The translations under genes and the position numbers were made by a program. DNA of 64,000 nucleotides from Hydrolagus colliei (taxonomy: Eukaryota). Below the pieces are notes generated by a model. It worked only from the letters and a program-made list of their open reading frames with translations. It had not been told where the DNA came from and did not search any database. The DNA is taken from contig CM068759.1 in NCBI GenBank assembly GCA_035084275.1, positions 6,696,001-6,760,000 on the forward strand. Reading direction: 5' to 3'. Position 1 is the stretch's first letter, and each line of letters opens with the position of its first letter. Below are positions 48,927 through 62,408 of the stretch, in pieces.

Positions 48927-50154
48927 GTAATATTATTAATTTTGTTCATTATTAAGTACTGTATCATGTGTTTCTAATAATAGTAATTATTATTCCAATG
49001 CAAATTGTACCCACTTAAAGACAATTTTCAACAAAAGGAATTGTGCGTTTCTGTTTAAAGTAATCAATGTCTAGTTGTTGTTAATTTAACTTTGTAATGT
49101 TTCCAGAAAATTCCCAGATCCTGCTCAACAAATATCATGCCTTGGCTCTTGCCAACCTCCACCTCAGATTTTACGTAATTAGGTAAAGTGGGTGCTTCCC
49201 ATTTCCCCAACCCCCCCCAATAAAGAAATAAATCGGGACCCTCTTGCGACTGATCCAAGATGGAACCCGGCTTTAAGATTTGTATTTGATGTTGTACCTC
49301 CTTTTTCGTCACAGATCTTAACCTTCCGGAATACCAGCTTTCAATTAGAGAATTAAGTTTTAATCCAGTGTCCTGAGTTCAACCATTGCAAAGTAACCAG
49401 TTACAGCTGTTTGCCTTCCTTATGTCAAGAAATGAATGATTTCCCCAAGCCTTTAGAACCAAAGACAATGCAGCGGAGACGTTGGATATTCAACCCATTA
49501 TTCCTTTGCTGCGCTTCTGAAAGAACTATTCATTTAGTTCCATTCTTTCTCTAAACCCTATTTGTATTTGTCATTCTCAGATATGTATCTAATTTCTCTT
49601 AAAAGTGAACCACTGTTTTAGTGAGGGTGTTCCACATTATAATATTCCCCATTTTAATAACAATGTTTCCATTTTCTCTTTTGATAATGACCTTTAAAAC
49701 TATACCCTCAAGTTACCGATTCATTGCTATTGATTGCCAGTAGAAATAATTACTATCCTTTGCTATTGTTAAAATTCTTGTCAAGTTTTCTTATTCCTGA
49801 TGAGGGAAATCTTTCATTTCTATCGTTCAAGTGAATCTCTTCTGCACCCTGGACAGTTTTGACATCCTTCCTATTATGCAGTGCTCAAAAATGGACAAAA
49901 TGTGACCTAAATAATTAGTCTGTTTTCAGAAATCCCATTTGTTTTTAAATCCCCTTTTATTGAACAGCACCCCCACCCCACGACTGCCTGGAAAAATTCT
50001 TAGTAAACTATAGTTACCATGCACTAGAAGTGCTCAAACCTTTACTATGGATTGTCTGTGCAATGCACACCACATTTGTTCGGTAATATCAGGCTTTCGC
50101 TGTTCCCGGGTCTTACATGATGCATTTCATGACCTTATATTTCCTATCTTCCAG

Positions 50155-50273
50155 GCGAGAAGAAGTCTATGATAGATACTATCGCTATGATGATGTTATG
50201 CGGAGGAAAGAAGAACCGTACATGGACAGATTCAGGGAGCCTTGGGATTCCAGGGGACCTCGCGAGGTTGATG
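50155..50273 (+). CDS. NCOA5: NCOA5 coding exon 5
   Basis: REEVYDRYYRYDDVMRRKEEPYMDRFREPWDSRGPREVD; 119 nt, AG/GT. Confidence 0.92.
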
Positions 50274-50427
50274 GTAAATCCAGCAGCAATATGGGTTATT
50301 AATCTTACCACGTTTCCAAAAAAATTAGCAAATGATGTAATAGATTTAGATGGAGAATTTAAACTATACAGATTTGATTTTAATCAAATTTGTTGTGTAA
50401 AATGTAGCTTTGCTTTTTCTACTGCAG

Positions 50428-50551
50428 ATCCTATGAGAAGAGAACGTCGAAGAGAAGAATTGTATCGACAGTACTTTGATGAAATCCAGAGACGCTATGA
50501 TGCAGAAAGACCTGTGGATTGTTCAGTTATTGTGGTCAACAAGCAGCAAAA
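50428..50551 (+). CDS. NCOA5: NCOA5 coding exon 6
   Basis: ERRREELYRQYFDEIQRRYDAERPVDCSVIVVNKQ, near-identical to NCOA5; 124 nt. Confidence 0.96.
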
Positions 50552-51576
50552 GTGAGTAGTATATTCCAAAGATTTATCAACTTTCAACATCATCAACTCT
50601 ATAGCTCATGGTCTCCCCTCCACAAGCCTATCATCCCCATCCTTGCTTGGTTATAGTAGTTCCACGTCCCACAGAGGATTGAGTTCACGATCCTAGGTCT
50701 CGCTTTTAAAACCCTCCATGGTTTTGCCCTCATGGCTTAAGCACTCTTAAGACATGACACTGCGAGGAGGGTGCTATAAAAGTGCAAGTTGTTGTTGCCC
50801 CATCCTATGTCTGTGACCATCGAAGACCCCACCTACTCCCTCCATTTAGCAGTCACTAACATGCTTCATATCCATTCCAAAGTCCCTCTTCCTCGTCCCT
50901 TGTCTTGCGTCTCTCAAAGTCCATCTCAACACCTTCCTCATTGACTGGGTCTTCTGACTTCTTTTCCTCCACTACCCAAACCCCTTGGCTCCCCGCTTGG
51001 GTGCAAATCCTCTCCAGTGCCTTTGGATTTGAAATATATAAATACAGTTTGTGCAGACATATTTGCTCGTATTTTTGACTAATTGAATAATCCTGTTAGG
51101 GTAACGGGTTGTGTGAAATTTAAAAGCAGGATGATGAGCACAATATGATTTTACTAGAATTCTAAAACATTGCCTTGGATTGAACTTGTAGTACTCGGGT
51201 AACTCCATTTTTGGACACTGCACCAGTCAGTGTGTTTATTGGGCGGAAGCCGTCAAATTCATGGCTGTAACTTACAGATTTTCACTCCAGCTTTAAAATA
51301 GTTACAAATCTACTTGGTTAGGGATTGGAAAAAATACTACAGTGTTACTTTGAGTTACCAGCGGACAGTTTGTTTCTAGAACATCAACTATATCATGGCA
51401 ATTTTCCTATTTATGAATATTATAATGAGGAGATTTGAGCAATTCTTGGCCATTTTTAGAAGAGCTGTTCTTCTGGTTTTTGTTTACGTTGATTTCTTTT
51501 AGGTTAATTTAAAAGTCCATTGTAATATAAGATGTTAACCTTTCCACCCCCCCTCCCCCCTCCACTTTTTGATTAG

Positions 51577-51776
51577 GGATTATGCTGAATCTGTTGGGAG
51601 AAAGGTCCGTGACCTGGGAATGGTGGTGGATCTGATATTCCTGAATACAGAAGTGTCACTTACTCAAGCCCTTGAAGATGTCAGCAGAGGAGGAACAGCA
51701 TTTGCTATAGTTATCACTCAACAGCATGAAATCCACAGATCATGTACTGTTAATATCCTGTTTGGAACACCACAGG
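51577..51776 (+). CDS. NCOA5: NCOA5 coding exon 7 (anticodon-binding-like domain)
   Basis: DYAESVGRKVRDLGMVVDLIFLNTEVSLTQALEDVSRGG...HRSCTVNILFGTPQ; 200 nt. Confidence 0.97.
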
Positions 51777-52304
51777 GTAAATGATGTTTTAAGATGCTTT
51801 AAGATGTTGTCTTTGGATTTTATTCTTGCAATTCCAATGAAAAATACCTAGTTTTTAAAAAAATAGTCTACCAAGCTTTATGTATGAATTTTTGAGTTGG
51901 TGAATAGTTGATTATTTTTCTTGCCAGCTTACCTTTGCCATGTAATCCAACCAATAACATCCTTCAATATCTTGTTTCAACTGCATCTTTCTGAAATTAA
52001 CTGCACTAATCTAGTGAGCTTTTTCTTTCCGTATAACTTGTTTTCTGCGGCTAAAAGGTGAACAACGGGGGGAAATAATCAATTTAGATTACTTTTGGGA
52101 GGATTGAGAATCTGCTGAACTACCCACTCCCAATTCCTCATTCATTTAGCCATCATGTTGGATTTCAAGAAGTGCTATGAAGAATCCAAGCACTTTCCAT
52201 TTTTGAGCAGAAAGAAGCAGTTAGTTTTTAATTCCTGATTTTTTTTTTCAATCAGGTTTTTGTATAGAACTCTGATCATCTGATGTTGCATTTTTACTAT
52301 CCAG

Positions 52305-52625
52305 AGCATCGTAATATGCCAATGGCTGATGCCATGATGTTGGTCGCCCGAAACTTTGAACGGTACAGGAATGAAACGCGTGAGAAGGAACGTGAAGAAA
52401 TTGCAAGGAAAGCAACTAAAATGGCAGACGATGTGATTATGCGTGAACGGGAGCCACCCCAGGCGCAAACCACCATGGAAGATAGAGGAAACCCACCTAG
52501 TCTCCAACCACTATTGAACTTGCTTGCTGATGGACGGTATCTTTCTGTAGAGGAGATGGATAAGATCATCGAATACCTGAGAAATAAGAAAGAGAGATTC
52601 ATCCGTGGCGGAGACTCCATGCATG
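52305..52625 (+). CDS. NCOA5: NCOA5 coding exon 8
   Basis: EHRNMPMADAMMLVARNFERY...LLNLLADGRYL (LxxLL-type motif); 321 nt. Confidence 0.96.
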
Positions 52626-53333
52626 GTAACTTTTCATGACTTAAAAATTGTGTGTGTGTATATATAGATTCCTAGATACTTCTAGTTGTCAGTAAACATG
52701 GATAAGGACACAAAACATAATGCACTCAAGTATTCCATGCTGAGTTATTTACTTTTCCAGGTGTTGCAACAGCTGTTTGTGGGTAATTAATGCAACAATT
52801 TTATATTTGAATGTGCAATCAATGCTGTGCATTATACGGGCGATGATGTCAGTGGGAACAGTAGTCAGGTTTGCAGAATATTTATGAAAGAATTTTTAGA
52901 TCTGTATGTCGATCGTGGTAGTTGAGCACGGTTGTTTCTGCTGCTTCACAGAATAAAATGTTGGTGTACTCTGCCTACCTTGCCACTGGAAAGGATCACC
53001 TTGAGTACTTGCAGGTCAACTATTTGTTCCTTTGAAAATTATCTCGAAATAGAAGTTAGCAGTATTTTAATGCAAACTGTAGGTAGTAAAATGATTGTCT
53101 CACAAGTCAACTCAATGCATTGAAGGAACGAGGGAATGTGGTGGTGAGTGGTACTTATGGATGACGAAAAGTAGAATACTAGGTACGAAATGCAACCATC
53201 GAGTCAAATCAGCAGCTTTGGCAATTATGCTCAGCTTTACATAACTTGGGAATTCATTCGGTACATTAAAAGAAGTGCCAAGTTTATAATTTTCTATAGA
53301 TGTATTTAAACTTTAATACTCTTGTTCCATTTT

Positions 53334-53640
53334 GTGAAGTCCTGTAGATTAGTGGTTAGAGCATTCGCCTCACGTGCAAGAGACCTGGGTTCGATTCCAG
53401 GCAGTGCGAAATCTTGGGGAAGTTTCCTTACACCGTAAACCTGATGATAATACCTAAAAAAAATAGTAAATGGTAATTTAAATCCTCGACTCTTTGTGGG
53501 GCACTAGTGTGTGCTGCTATGTTTCACCCACATATACACAGTCAATTCACTTTACAGTATATTCTGTGAAGCGCTTTGAGACGTCAAGAAGGTGTGATAA
53601 GGTGCTATATCAAATGCAAGGATTATTATGATGATTATTA
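53334..53640 (+). mobile_element. tRNA-derived SINE, full length, abutting the last NCOA5 acceptor
   Basis: gtcctgtagattagtggttagagc...gggttcgattcc...gctatatcaaatgcaaggattattatgatgattatta. Confidence 0.9.
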
Positions 53641-53649
53641 TTTTGACAG

Positions 53650-54305
53650 GACCTGTTCATAATCCAGCACCATTACCAAGGCCACCTATGGGTCCAACAG
53701 GATTGAATCCACTCGATGCTCGTGCCCAGCAGTCACTGCCGACTAATCAGCCTCTGAAGGGTGGACCACAGGATACACAAGCAGCACAGCAGCAGGAGCT
53801 ACAAGCCAAGATACTCAGCCTCTTTAACAGTGGAACATCAGGCTCAAATACGAATGCTGTAGGAGCTCCAGTCCAGGCCTATGGCAGTGCACTCAATACT
53901 CAGCCTCAAAGAGTTCCCCAGATTCCCCTCAATAACTCTTATCTATCTCAACCACAACAGCGAGTTGCAGGGCCTAATTCACAGCTTCCACCATTAATGG
54001 GTCCAGTAGTTGCACCAAGAGCATCTACTATTCGCTCTCCACTTCCCCAAACCCAAGTCCTCTATTCCCAGCAACCACCTCGAGGGCCAAACCCCACTCA
54101 GCCAAGTGTTTTGTCACAAGGCCAGAGATCTGGTGTTGCAACGGGTATAAACTTTGATAACCCCAGTGTGCAGAAAGCATTAGATACCCTAATTCAGAGT
54201 GGACCATCTCTATCCCACTTGGTGAACCAGGCTTCTACCCAGTTACCACGTCCTGGGCAGCCCATGAACCAACCTCCTATGGCTGCTTACCAGCGTCATT
54301 ATTGA
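53650..54305 (+). CDS. NCOA5: NCOA5 terminal coding exon (P/Q-rich)
   Basis: QQELQAKILSLFNSG...GINFDNPSVQKALDTLIQSGP...YQRHY-stop are conserved NCOA5 motifs. Total CDS 1926 nt = 641 aa. Confidence 0.95.
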
Positions 54306-55053
54306 GCTGGGAAAATATGCCATTGATGGACGAGCTGTCGTTACTCGCTAAACCCCATTAAGGCCACTTGGGTATCTTAAACAAATGCAGGTTTTTGGAA
54401 AGTGGATTATTGAACTGCATTGGCTGTTGTGTTTTGTCAATTGTATGTAAAAGAGGTCAGATAAAATGTTTGAAGAAAAATATGACCAGGTAATTTACCT
54501 TTTTATACAACACTCAATTTTGTACATAGACAGCCTGCAATCGTTTGTGAGCAAGGCCTTAATTGCAGTCACTTGGTTTATGTTGACCTGTTAAGCTTTT
54601 TTTAAACAAAAAATCTTGATATGTTAACCAGATGATTCTGCGTATTAAAGCATGAAGTTGCAGACTTAAATCCAGTGTTTTTAAATGGATATTTCTTAAA
54701 AAAAATTAACTGAAATCCACGATAAAGCATAGAACTCTTTACTAAAGTGAATCCGTTTTTATATATTACTGTTTTTCGTCACTTTTCTTATAATTAGATT
54801 CTCCACCCAACAGGTTTGCCATTGTCATAACGGTTCAGTAACATTGACTTTTTTTTTGTCGAGTCATGCATTTTTTTCTCCCCCTCCGTTACATTATCTG
54901 TCTACCTTGTTCTCTGTACATGCTCCGCAGCTGTGGGCAAGTGTTTTACATGCTTAATTTGTAGCCAGTACCATTTGCAGTTGTGAAATGGCGGCAGTTG
55001 TACATTTCTTGGAAGTTCAATGTTCGAATCCTATCTTCATCTGGTTTGTAAAG

Positions 55054-55059
55054 AATAAA
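55054..55059 (+). terminator. NCOA5 polyadenylation signal
   Basis: AATAAA ~750 nt after the stop, followed by a GT-rich downstream element. Confidence 0.7.
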
Positions 55060-55397
55060 AGTTTCTCTTCCATTTTGCACCATTTGGTCGTGTGTATGTG
55101 TGTGTGTGTACATTTATATCTATTTATATTATGGACAGGTGGGAAGTTACAAGACAGTGAAATGACAGTATTCAGACATTGCATCTTGAACTTGGGAGCT
55201 GTACAGTGATTTGAGCTTATGTTGCCACTGCCTGGAAAATCTTCAGTTTTGAAAGCACTTCTAGAATGAGGATTACATTACCATAACAGCTTTCCATGAT
55301 TACCAGGTTAGGAAGGAGATGAAAAAAAGGTGTGGGTGGTGGAGCAATGAGTAGAAGCTTTTTAAGGTTAAATGAGCCTTTTCTCATTACAGGGTCT

Positions 55398-55665
55398 AAC
55401 CATAACATAAGAACATAAGAGTTAGGAGTAGGCCATTCGGCCCTTTGAGTCTGCCCCCCGCCATTCAATAAGATCATGGCTGATCTTCTCACCTAACTCT
55501 AATTACCTGCCCTATCCCCATATCCCCTAATCCCTCTATTTTTCAAAAATCTATCATTCTCAGCCTTGAAAATGTTCAAGGACTGAGCCTTCTGGGGTAG
55601 CGAATTCCATAAATTCACTATCCTCTGAGTGAAGACTATCCTCACCTACAATTGTGATCTGCCCA
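55398..55665 (-). mobile_element. CR1-type LINE 3' end with (cataagaa)n tail
   Basis: cataagaacataaga...gtaggccattcggccc...gatcatggctgatc...ttctggggtagcgaattcca. Confidence 0.8.
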
Positions 55666-58600
55666 TATCCCCTCCCTGAGAGAAAAATAACAGCAGAATA
55701 TTTCATAAAATGGTTTATTTTATTGCATTTTTTGACAACATTTCTAAGGTGAAAAGAAAAGTCTGATATCAAGTTATAAATGATCACTCTTCAAAGTGGA
55801 CAGCAAACAAAATAACACCAATGAGTACAGAAGTTCTATAGTGAATTACACACAAATACAAAGCAATGCTTAACTATTTTAGTTTAATATGTTTGGCATT
55901 AGCATAAAATTAAATGCTAGTTACAGTGAACTGCAGGTCTTATGAACAGTTGATCCAGTTGCCTGCAAATTCATTTACAGCAAACTTTAAGAAATTGCTA
56001 TTACACTCGACGTTACCTAGCTTCACAAATCCACAAGGAAAAAAACCTAAGCAATACAATAATAATTAGTTTTCTTTAAAATGATTAATCACACTATTAC
56101 CACTCATGTAATATATTGTATGACTGCATATTAGTGTTCATGCTCTTGGTGCTGTACTGAGTATTTCTGATTTCAGGATTTGATATTCTTTTGGGTCTCC
56201 ACATACTGATGCATTTTGATAAACATTGCTGATGGCAAACAATACCAGATGAAAATGTTAAGTGGCTCTCAATGTGACAGTTAGACTTTCCAGTTAATCT
56301 AGTTGGTAATTCTTACAAAATAAATGTTAATAACAGCATAATTACTTATTTTTTGAAAATATGTTCCCATGGCCTACTTCCAATTTTAAAATATAAAATT
56401 TCTCTAAAGCAGTGTTTAAAATATATATCAGTCAGTGATGTATGAATAAAGTAATAATACATTTATACAGCTGCCATAGCTCTGTTAAAAGGTTTCTTAA
56501 CAATACCAACCATTCTTTCCTTGATAACTAAGTTACCAGCACTGCATCTTATCAGTTTAGAGAACATAACTGCATCAATGTTTTTTGCTATGGCTGACTT
56601 GGTCATCTGAAGTAACATATTAACAAGAATTATTATCAAGTTATCTTTTTTCTACTTTCTAAGAAATATGCAGTGAATGCAATACATTCAAAGAGTATAT
56701 TTATTCCCCCTACACACACACACCCGTGGTCTACAAGTGATAAAACTGAAGAGAGGTTGTGATACATCTTGACCTAAGTGATGGCAGTTTAGAAGCTGTT
56801 AGTTATTGTGTAAACCTATAATTTTCATTTTGGAAAATAGAGTACTTTATTGCCACTTTTGACAGCACACATTGCAAAGGCTGGATTAAAAAAAATCCCT
56901 GGAATGGATAATTTCAAATCTTTTTTTAACGTGTTAGGAAATATGCATAGCAAAAGTGTCTTAGAATCAGGAACAATGTAATGTTTTTATGAAAATTGAC
57001 TTTTTTTTAGAAAAAGCTGGCATTCAACAATGTGGAAAAAAAAATTCTCAACTAAAATAAGGGCTTAATGTCTTCTACAATACCATGACTGAATAGATCA
57101 TTGATAATACTCGTCTGTGTTTCTTCACTAAATCACTGCTATTACAGTAAAGTCAGATAGGAATCTGTTCCATTCAATTTAAACATTGAATCACATCAAC
57201 AACTGATGCTGAACACTGCTAAATGAAGCTTAAAAAGTACACATTTACTAATCATGCTTCTATTAGTGCAAACGACAAGAGTTTGCCCTAAACTTTATGA
57301 TTTAGGCTACCGGCAAGCTAGACATTGTGCAAAGGTGTTTTTTTGTGTGTGGTATAAATAGTTCAACATCATTACTAACTCATGCAGGTTCTACCAGAGC
57401 GTGTCATGTATGGAAGCCCTTTCTTTGTGACATTTCGGAATCACTAATTCCCATGAGTTGCATTCTTGCCAAACCGGAGGTTAGACTCAGCAAGACTTGT
57501 CTTCCCATCATCTGCGCTGCATTTTATTTGCAGCAGCTGACCAGAATAATAAAGCCTGCTTTAGATATTGTTAGTTCTTACAACATATTTAGTTCCTCCG
57601 TTTGAATTGAGTAATGGCACCAATTGTATGAATATATATAGCTATAATATATACTGTACATTATATATTTAGTTTCCCCAGTTTCTCTTCCACGCTATGC
57701 ACCTTACCATAAGTTCTCATTTGACCAAGCAGATTAGATGTGATCTCCCACATGCTAAGCGTTGGTCAGCTCACAACAAGCTTCGAGGGAAGCCTGAAAT
57801 GCCAATTGTGATTGAGACCAGACAACAAATATGTCTTAAGCGTGTGCTCTCATCACACTATCTCCACTAGGAGGTGCACAGACAGCATGGTGATAAACGA
57901 GAAGATCCTTTCTCTCATTCCCAGACAGACTAAGGCACTCCTCACCTCCCTTTGTTACTCACCATAGCAAAGTATGGCTGTGTTTGGTAACTCGGTAACA
58001 AGCCAGACCTTATAGCATGACAGACCCTATCTGTGGTGCAACAGCAAGAAATATAATTCCCCAACATTTTGTTGCTGTCTGAGTAAATAATTTTCTGTGC
58101 GGTAATCAATATCTCACTGGTAATAACTTCCCATGCTAAATCAGGATCAGCAGCCTGTTCCTAGTTATCCACTGTAAACTGTGAACAATATTATTAGTTC
58201 CCTACCCAGAAATTTCCCTGTGCAATTGTTTAGAGTAGGTTTGACTGTACTTGTAGCTATGATTCAGAGCAATTAGAGATCCGTTCCACATAAGGTACAT
58301 CCATACTACTGCAATAATGTTCCCATCAGCAAGTTGTTTAGGTAAAGCTACCAATCTAAACAATCTAACAATTTAACAAATAATCTTAACCATCCTAAGA
58401 ATTTGCTTTATTTTAAAGAAACAATCCTACAATAATGATTCTCGTAAATTTGCAAGTTTGGGAAAAGCAAACGCATTCTCTTGTTTATTCAACATGCTGT
58501 AATGGTTTCATCTGCAGTATTTTGTGTTTTTTAAATGCTGCAATGGTTTCCTTGAATTTTTTTTGCAACATCAAAGTACAGCTCTTTCACGTGCGAAATG

Positions 58601-61019
58601 TATAATTCAGTCCTGTCATGTAGAGATTTGCAAAATGATTGTGCATAAGTGAAACCCAGCTTGGTGGATTAGTGGTTGGGAATCCAACTGACTTGTGCCA
58701 AGCTGATTCCTTCAAGGAAATGTCACTGTTTCACCACATACGAATGGGACACAAAGGAATCAATGGTTTATCTCTAGACTTATTCAACGAAGGACCAAGT
58801 CTTCTGTTCCATTAGGTGATCCTTAAATGAGGCAGTTGGAATCAGCCAAAATCTGTTGGGATCAGAATCTCCTGAGCACAAGGACTCCACAAGGACATTG
58901 CTAAAAACAATGGCAATTGGTTGCATATGCATCAAGGATGTGGCAATGTACTCAGATAACTGGAAGACAATCAACATTACTTAGCGTAATTACTTACAAA
59001 CATTACTTGTGTTTGGTACATATTATGCGAAGTTCGACATCCATTGCAGCTAATCAGCGTATCTCGTGACATACATCAAGCAATGCCACAAAATGAGTTT
59101 AGAAACGGTGAAAGAAGGTTTGGAGGATGTCAGCAACATATTGCTTATTCTGAACAAACCGTTTTTTAATGGTTTGTTCCAGCCCCAGTACTGTACCATT
59201 GTTACAACTTTGAGACAGTATCCTTTTTATTGGCCACATGCATGTAAAAGCTATCAAATATATAATCCTTTAAGTACTTCAGTGCTTTAAAACATTATTT
59301 TACAGTTTTTAATATTTAGTTCAATTTTGAGAATTTATTTTTAGTAATAAAACTTTATGCATCAAACCTATGACCCATAAAATCTATCATGACACAGAAA
59401 CACACTATCAGCCCTGAAATTCCATCCAGTTGGCTGCCTTTTGTCTTAATACAGTATTTTTTTAAATGTAGAATTGTGGATTTAGTTTGATAGCCAGTTT
59501 TCCACAATTCTTGAAAAGACCTGGCTTCTTCCAAATTAAGATTGAGTTTAAGAATCATCCACATTTTTGTCATATTCAAAGTGAGACAGAAAAGAAACAT
59601 TGATGTACAAAAAGAAATTTAAATTTAAAATTTATTTATATTATATATATTAAAATTTAACTTTAATATGTAAAGTATTATTCAATGAAGGGACAAGTTT
59701 ACATTTCTATTATATGATCCTCAGCACATTAGAGCTAGTACTGTATATATATTTTTAGAAAGCTTAAAAAGCCATTCTAGGGTTTAAAATTATATAATAC
59801 AGTAGTTCCCATAACGCTCCCCACGCAACAACTTGACATCAATGGCATTTGTTAGATCTATAAAGGGAGAAAACATTCACTGGGAGTTTGCCTTGCCATC
59901 TAATGATCAATCACTAGTGCGAGAGATACTGTAGTTAGAAAAGTCAGAGACTTTCTTTATCCTATTATTTCTCTTTCACTGTATTTATTTCATTGCTCGA
60001 CATGTAGAAATCTCTATTCAACTAACTAACGTTGCTCAATGAATCCATATCTTTCTTACAGACAATGTAACATCTTGAGCAGTTATTACATGCTAACGAT
60101 TGCACCATGTAAGTGTTGGCCGCTGCTTAGCGCTGTTTATGATTGTAAACTTCAAGAAATCTTTGCATACCAGTGGTTTACCTGTGGGAAACTACCTGCA
60201 ATCTCCAGGATCAGAAATCAACCCCCATCCACACATTATTTAAAGAAATGTTTTCAACACTTGTATGTTAACCAAACAAAATAGGTACTGTGTCTTGAAA
60301 ATTTGATCTGTTGGTTGGTTGTAGATTATGCCACCTGTATTGATTGATGTGCACTGCTCTGTAGTGAATAGGAATAGCTTCTGCATTACAAGTCCAATTT
60401 ACATTTATCTCTGAAAGTTGTTTTGTGTTTTGCCAGGAAGACTGTTTCACTCACTTCTTAACTTGAAACTAGGAACGAACAACATACGGTATTTTAATTG
60501 GCAGACAAATTAATAGGCCATTTACTGATCTTACGAAAATCTGCAGAAAACAAAATCCTCCTTTTCAAATACGTTCGATTTATTCTGACATTCTCAAGGG
60601 TTGGAGAGGGGAAGAGCAAAGAAGAGCTATAACATACTACAATAATGCAACTCCCACCTTTTGTTATTTTTGCAGTCGGTTAAAATAAAATTGAGGCAGT
60701 AAATGTTATTTCATGTTCCATTCCCCATTGTGGATGCACAAAGAAGAAGATAGCTGTGAATTATGAAGCACTACATATGCTCCGAGACTTTATCCTGTGT
60801 GAAAGGCGCTATACAAATGCAAGTTGATGTTGGAATTCTAGCAATTAACAATCGTCCACTCCAAAATTTCGTGTGAGAACACGACTTCCACAAATTGGCA
60901 AATCTCTCAACTATCCCTTCATTTGGTGATCACTCGATTATACACTGCTTTGTGTAGCAGAATATCATTTTCTAAACAGCCAGAAATTTAAGCAGGATTC
61001 TGATATCACAGAGTGCCTG

Positions 61020-61235
61020 AGTCATAAAATGTTTTTGCTCCGAGAGTTATTATGATCTGGAAGCACTGTCTAAAAGGATTGTGGAAGCAAATTCGATAAC
61101 AGCTTTCAAAAGGGAATTGGATAAGTATTTAAAACGGAAGAGTTTGCAGGGCTATGGGGAAACAGCAAGGGAGTGGAACTTGTTGGATAGCTCTTTCAAA
61201 AAGAAAGGAACAGGCAAGATGGTCTCAATGGTTCT
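61020..61235 (+). mobile_element. CR1-type LINE 3' fragment
   Basis: Translation VEANSITAFKRELDKYLKRKSLQGYG, a CR1 ORF2 C-terminus. Confidence 0.75.
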
Positions 61236-62250
61236 ATATACCAGCACCTTATTCTGGGCTGGATTTTAAAAGCAGACACCTTAACTATGTTTGTGAGCTT
61301 GTGTCCCAGGATATATCTATAGTATTTCAGAAAAATATAGGGAAAAGGGATCTTCTTTGTAATTAAAAATGTAGTTTTGTCACAACTTGCAACTAGGTCC
61401 TAGATCAATGTAATTTGAAAGCAGTAAGCTGTTTGTATTTTTTTTGCATTTGGTTAAAACGTTTAACATCATTTGATAAACCTAAATTAGCAATATAAAT
61501 TTAAATACAAATAAATTAGTCACTACTGTTGACAGGTACAAGTAGAGACTGTACAGAAGCATCCATTCCCCAGAACACTCATAAGTCTTCCCATAGTGAT
61601 ATGTTTACAGTGTAAACCCACCGAGACCGCCTTTCACTCATCAAAACAGCAGTAAATGGTACAAACATTCCCATTCCCATTAGCAGCATTCAAAACAACT
61701 GAGGTTTAAAAAAAGGAAACACGGCTGATGAACTTCTAGCACAAGTAATAAACCTTTTTTGGAGTAACGAAAGCAGAAAATATATGCTCCAAACACAATC
61801 ATTTCAATTTATGTATATTCTTTTTAAAGAAGTCGACTGAAATATAGATTTAAATACAATTTTCTAGCTGTATCTGACAATGACCATTCAGTGGCTGATT
61901 TCTGAGTGATTTGTTGTTATCTGAATTGACAAACGAAAGCTCCATGTATTTAACTGCCAAAAAGCAACAGACCAGAGGCATCAGTGGAAAGAACAGCATT
62001 TGGCTAATATATAAAGCCCCAAACTTAAATAATAAAGGCACATATCATTCCCTACTTCAAATAGATTTTGGACCAAAGTCAGGGCAGTCATGGTTCCCAA
62101 ACTGGTGGGTTTAAGTTTGTCTTATTTTAGCGAGAAATCATTAGTTGTGATTATTTTGTTACAATTTTGCAAAATATTTAGTGTCCATTCAAACAGGAGA
62201 TGGACAGTTTGGCAAAAATATACACATAAATGCATCATCTCCGTATTCCA

Positions 62251-62408
62251 CAGTGGTTAACTCCTGATAACCCAACCCTGGCTTAACTTGTCAATTCCAA
62301 GTTTAGTCATCATGCTGTCCCAGGTGCATTTATTTATGCATTTTAATATGTATGCTTAACTTGACACTCAGCCCTATTCTCCTGGAGTGTTGAGTTATCA
62401 GTTTACTG
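62251..62408. mobile_element. Degenerate Tigger-like MITE
   Basis: Imperfect TIRs cagt...ctgataacccaac and gttgagttatcagtttactg|ta; internal direct repeat gcttaacttg. Confidence 0.45.

Noticed and set aside
49798-49815. CTGATGA...GAAA hammerhead core
   Set aside because: Only 2 nt between the boxes and no stems; it lies in decayed LINE-like sequence.
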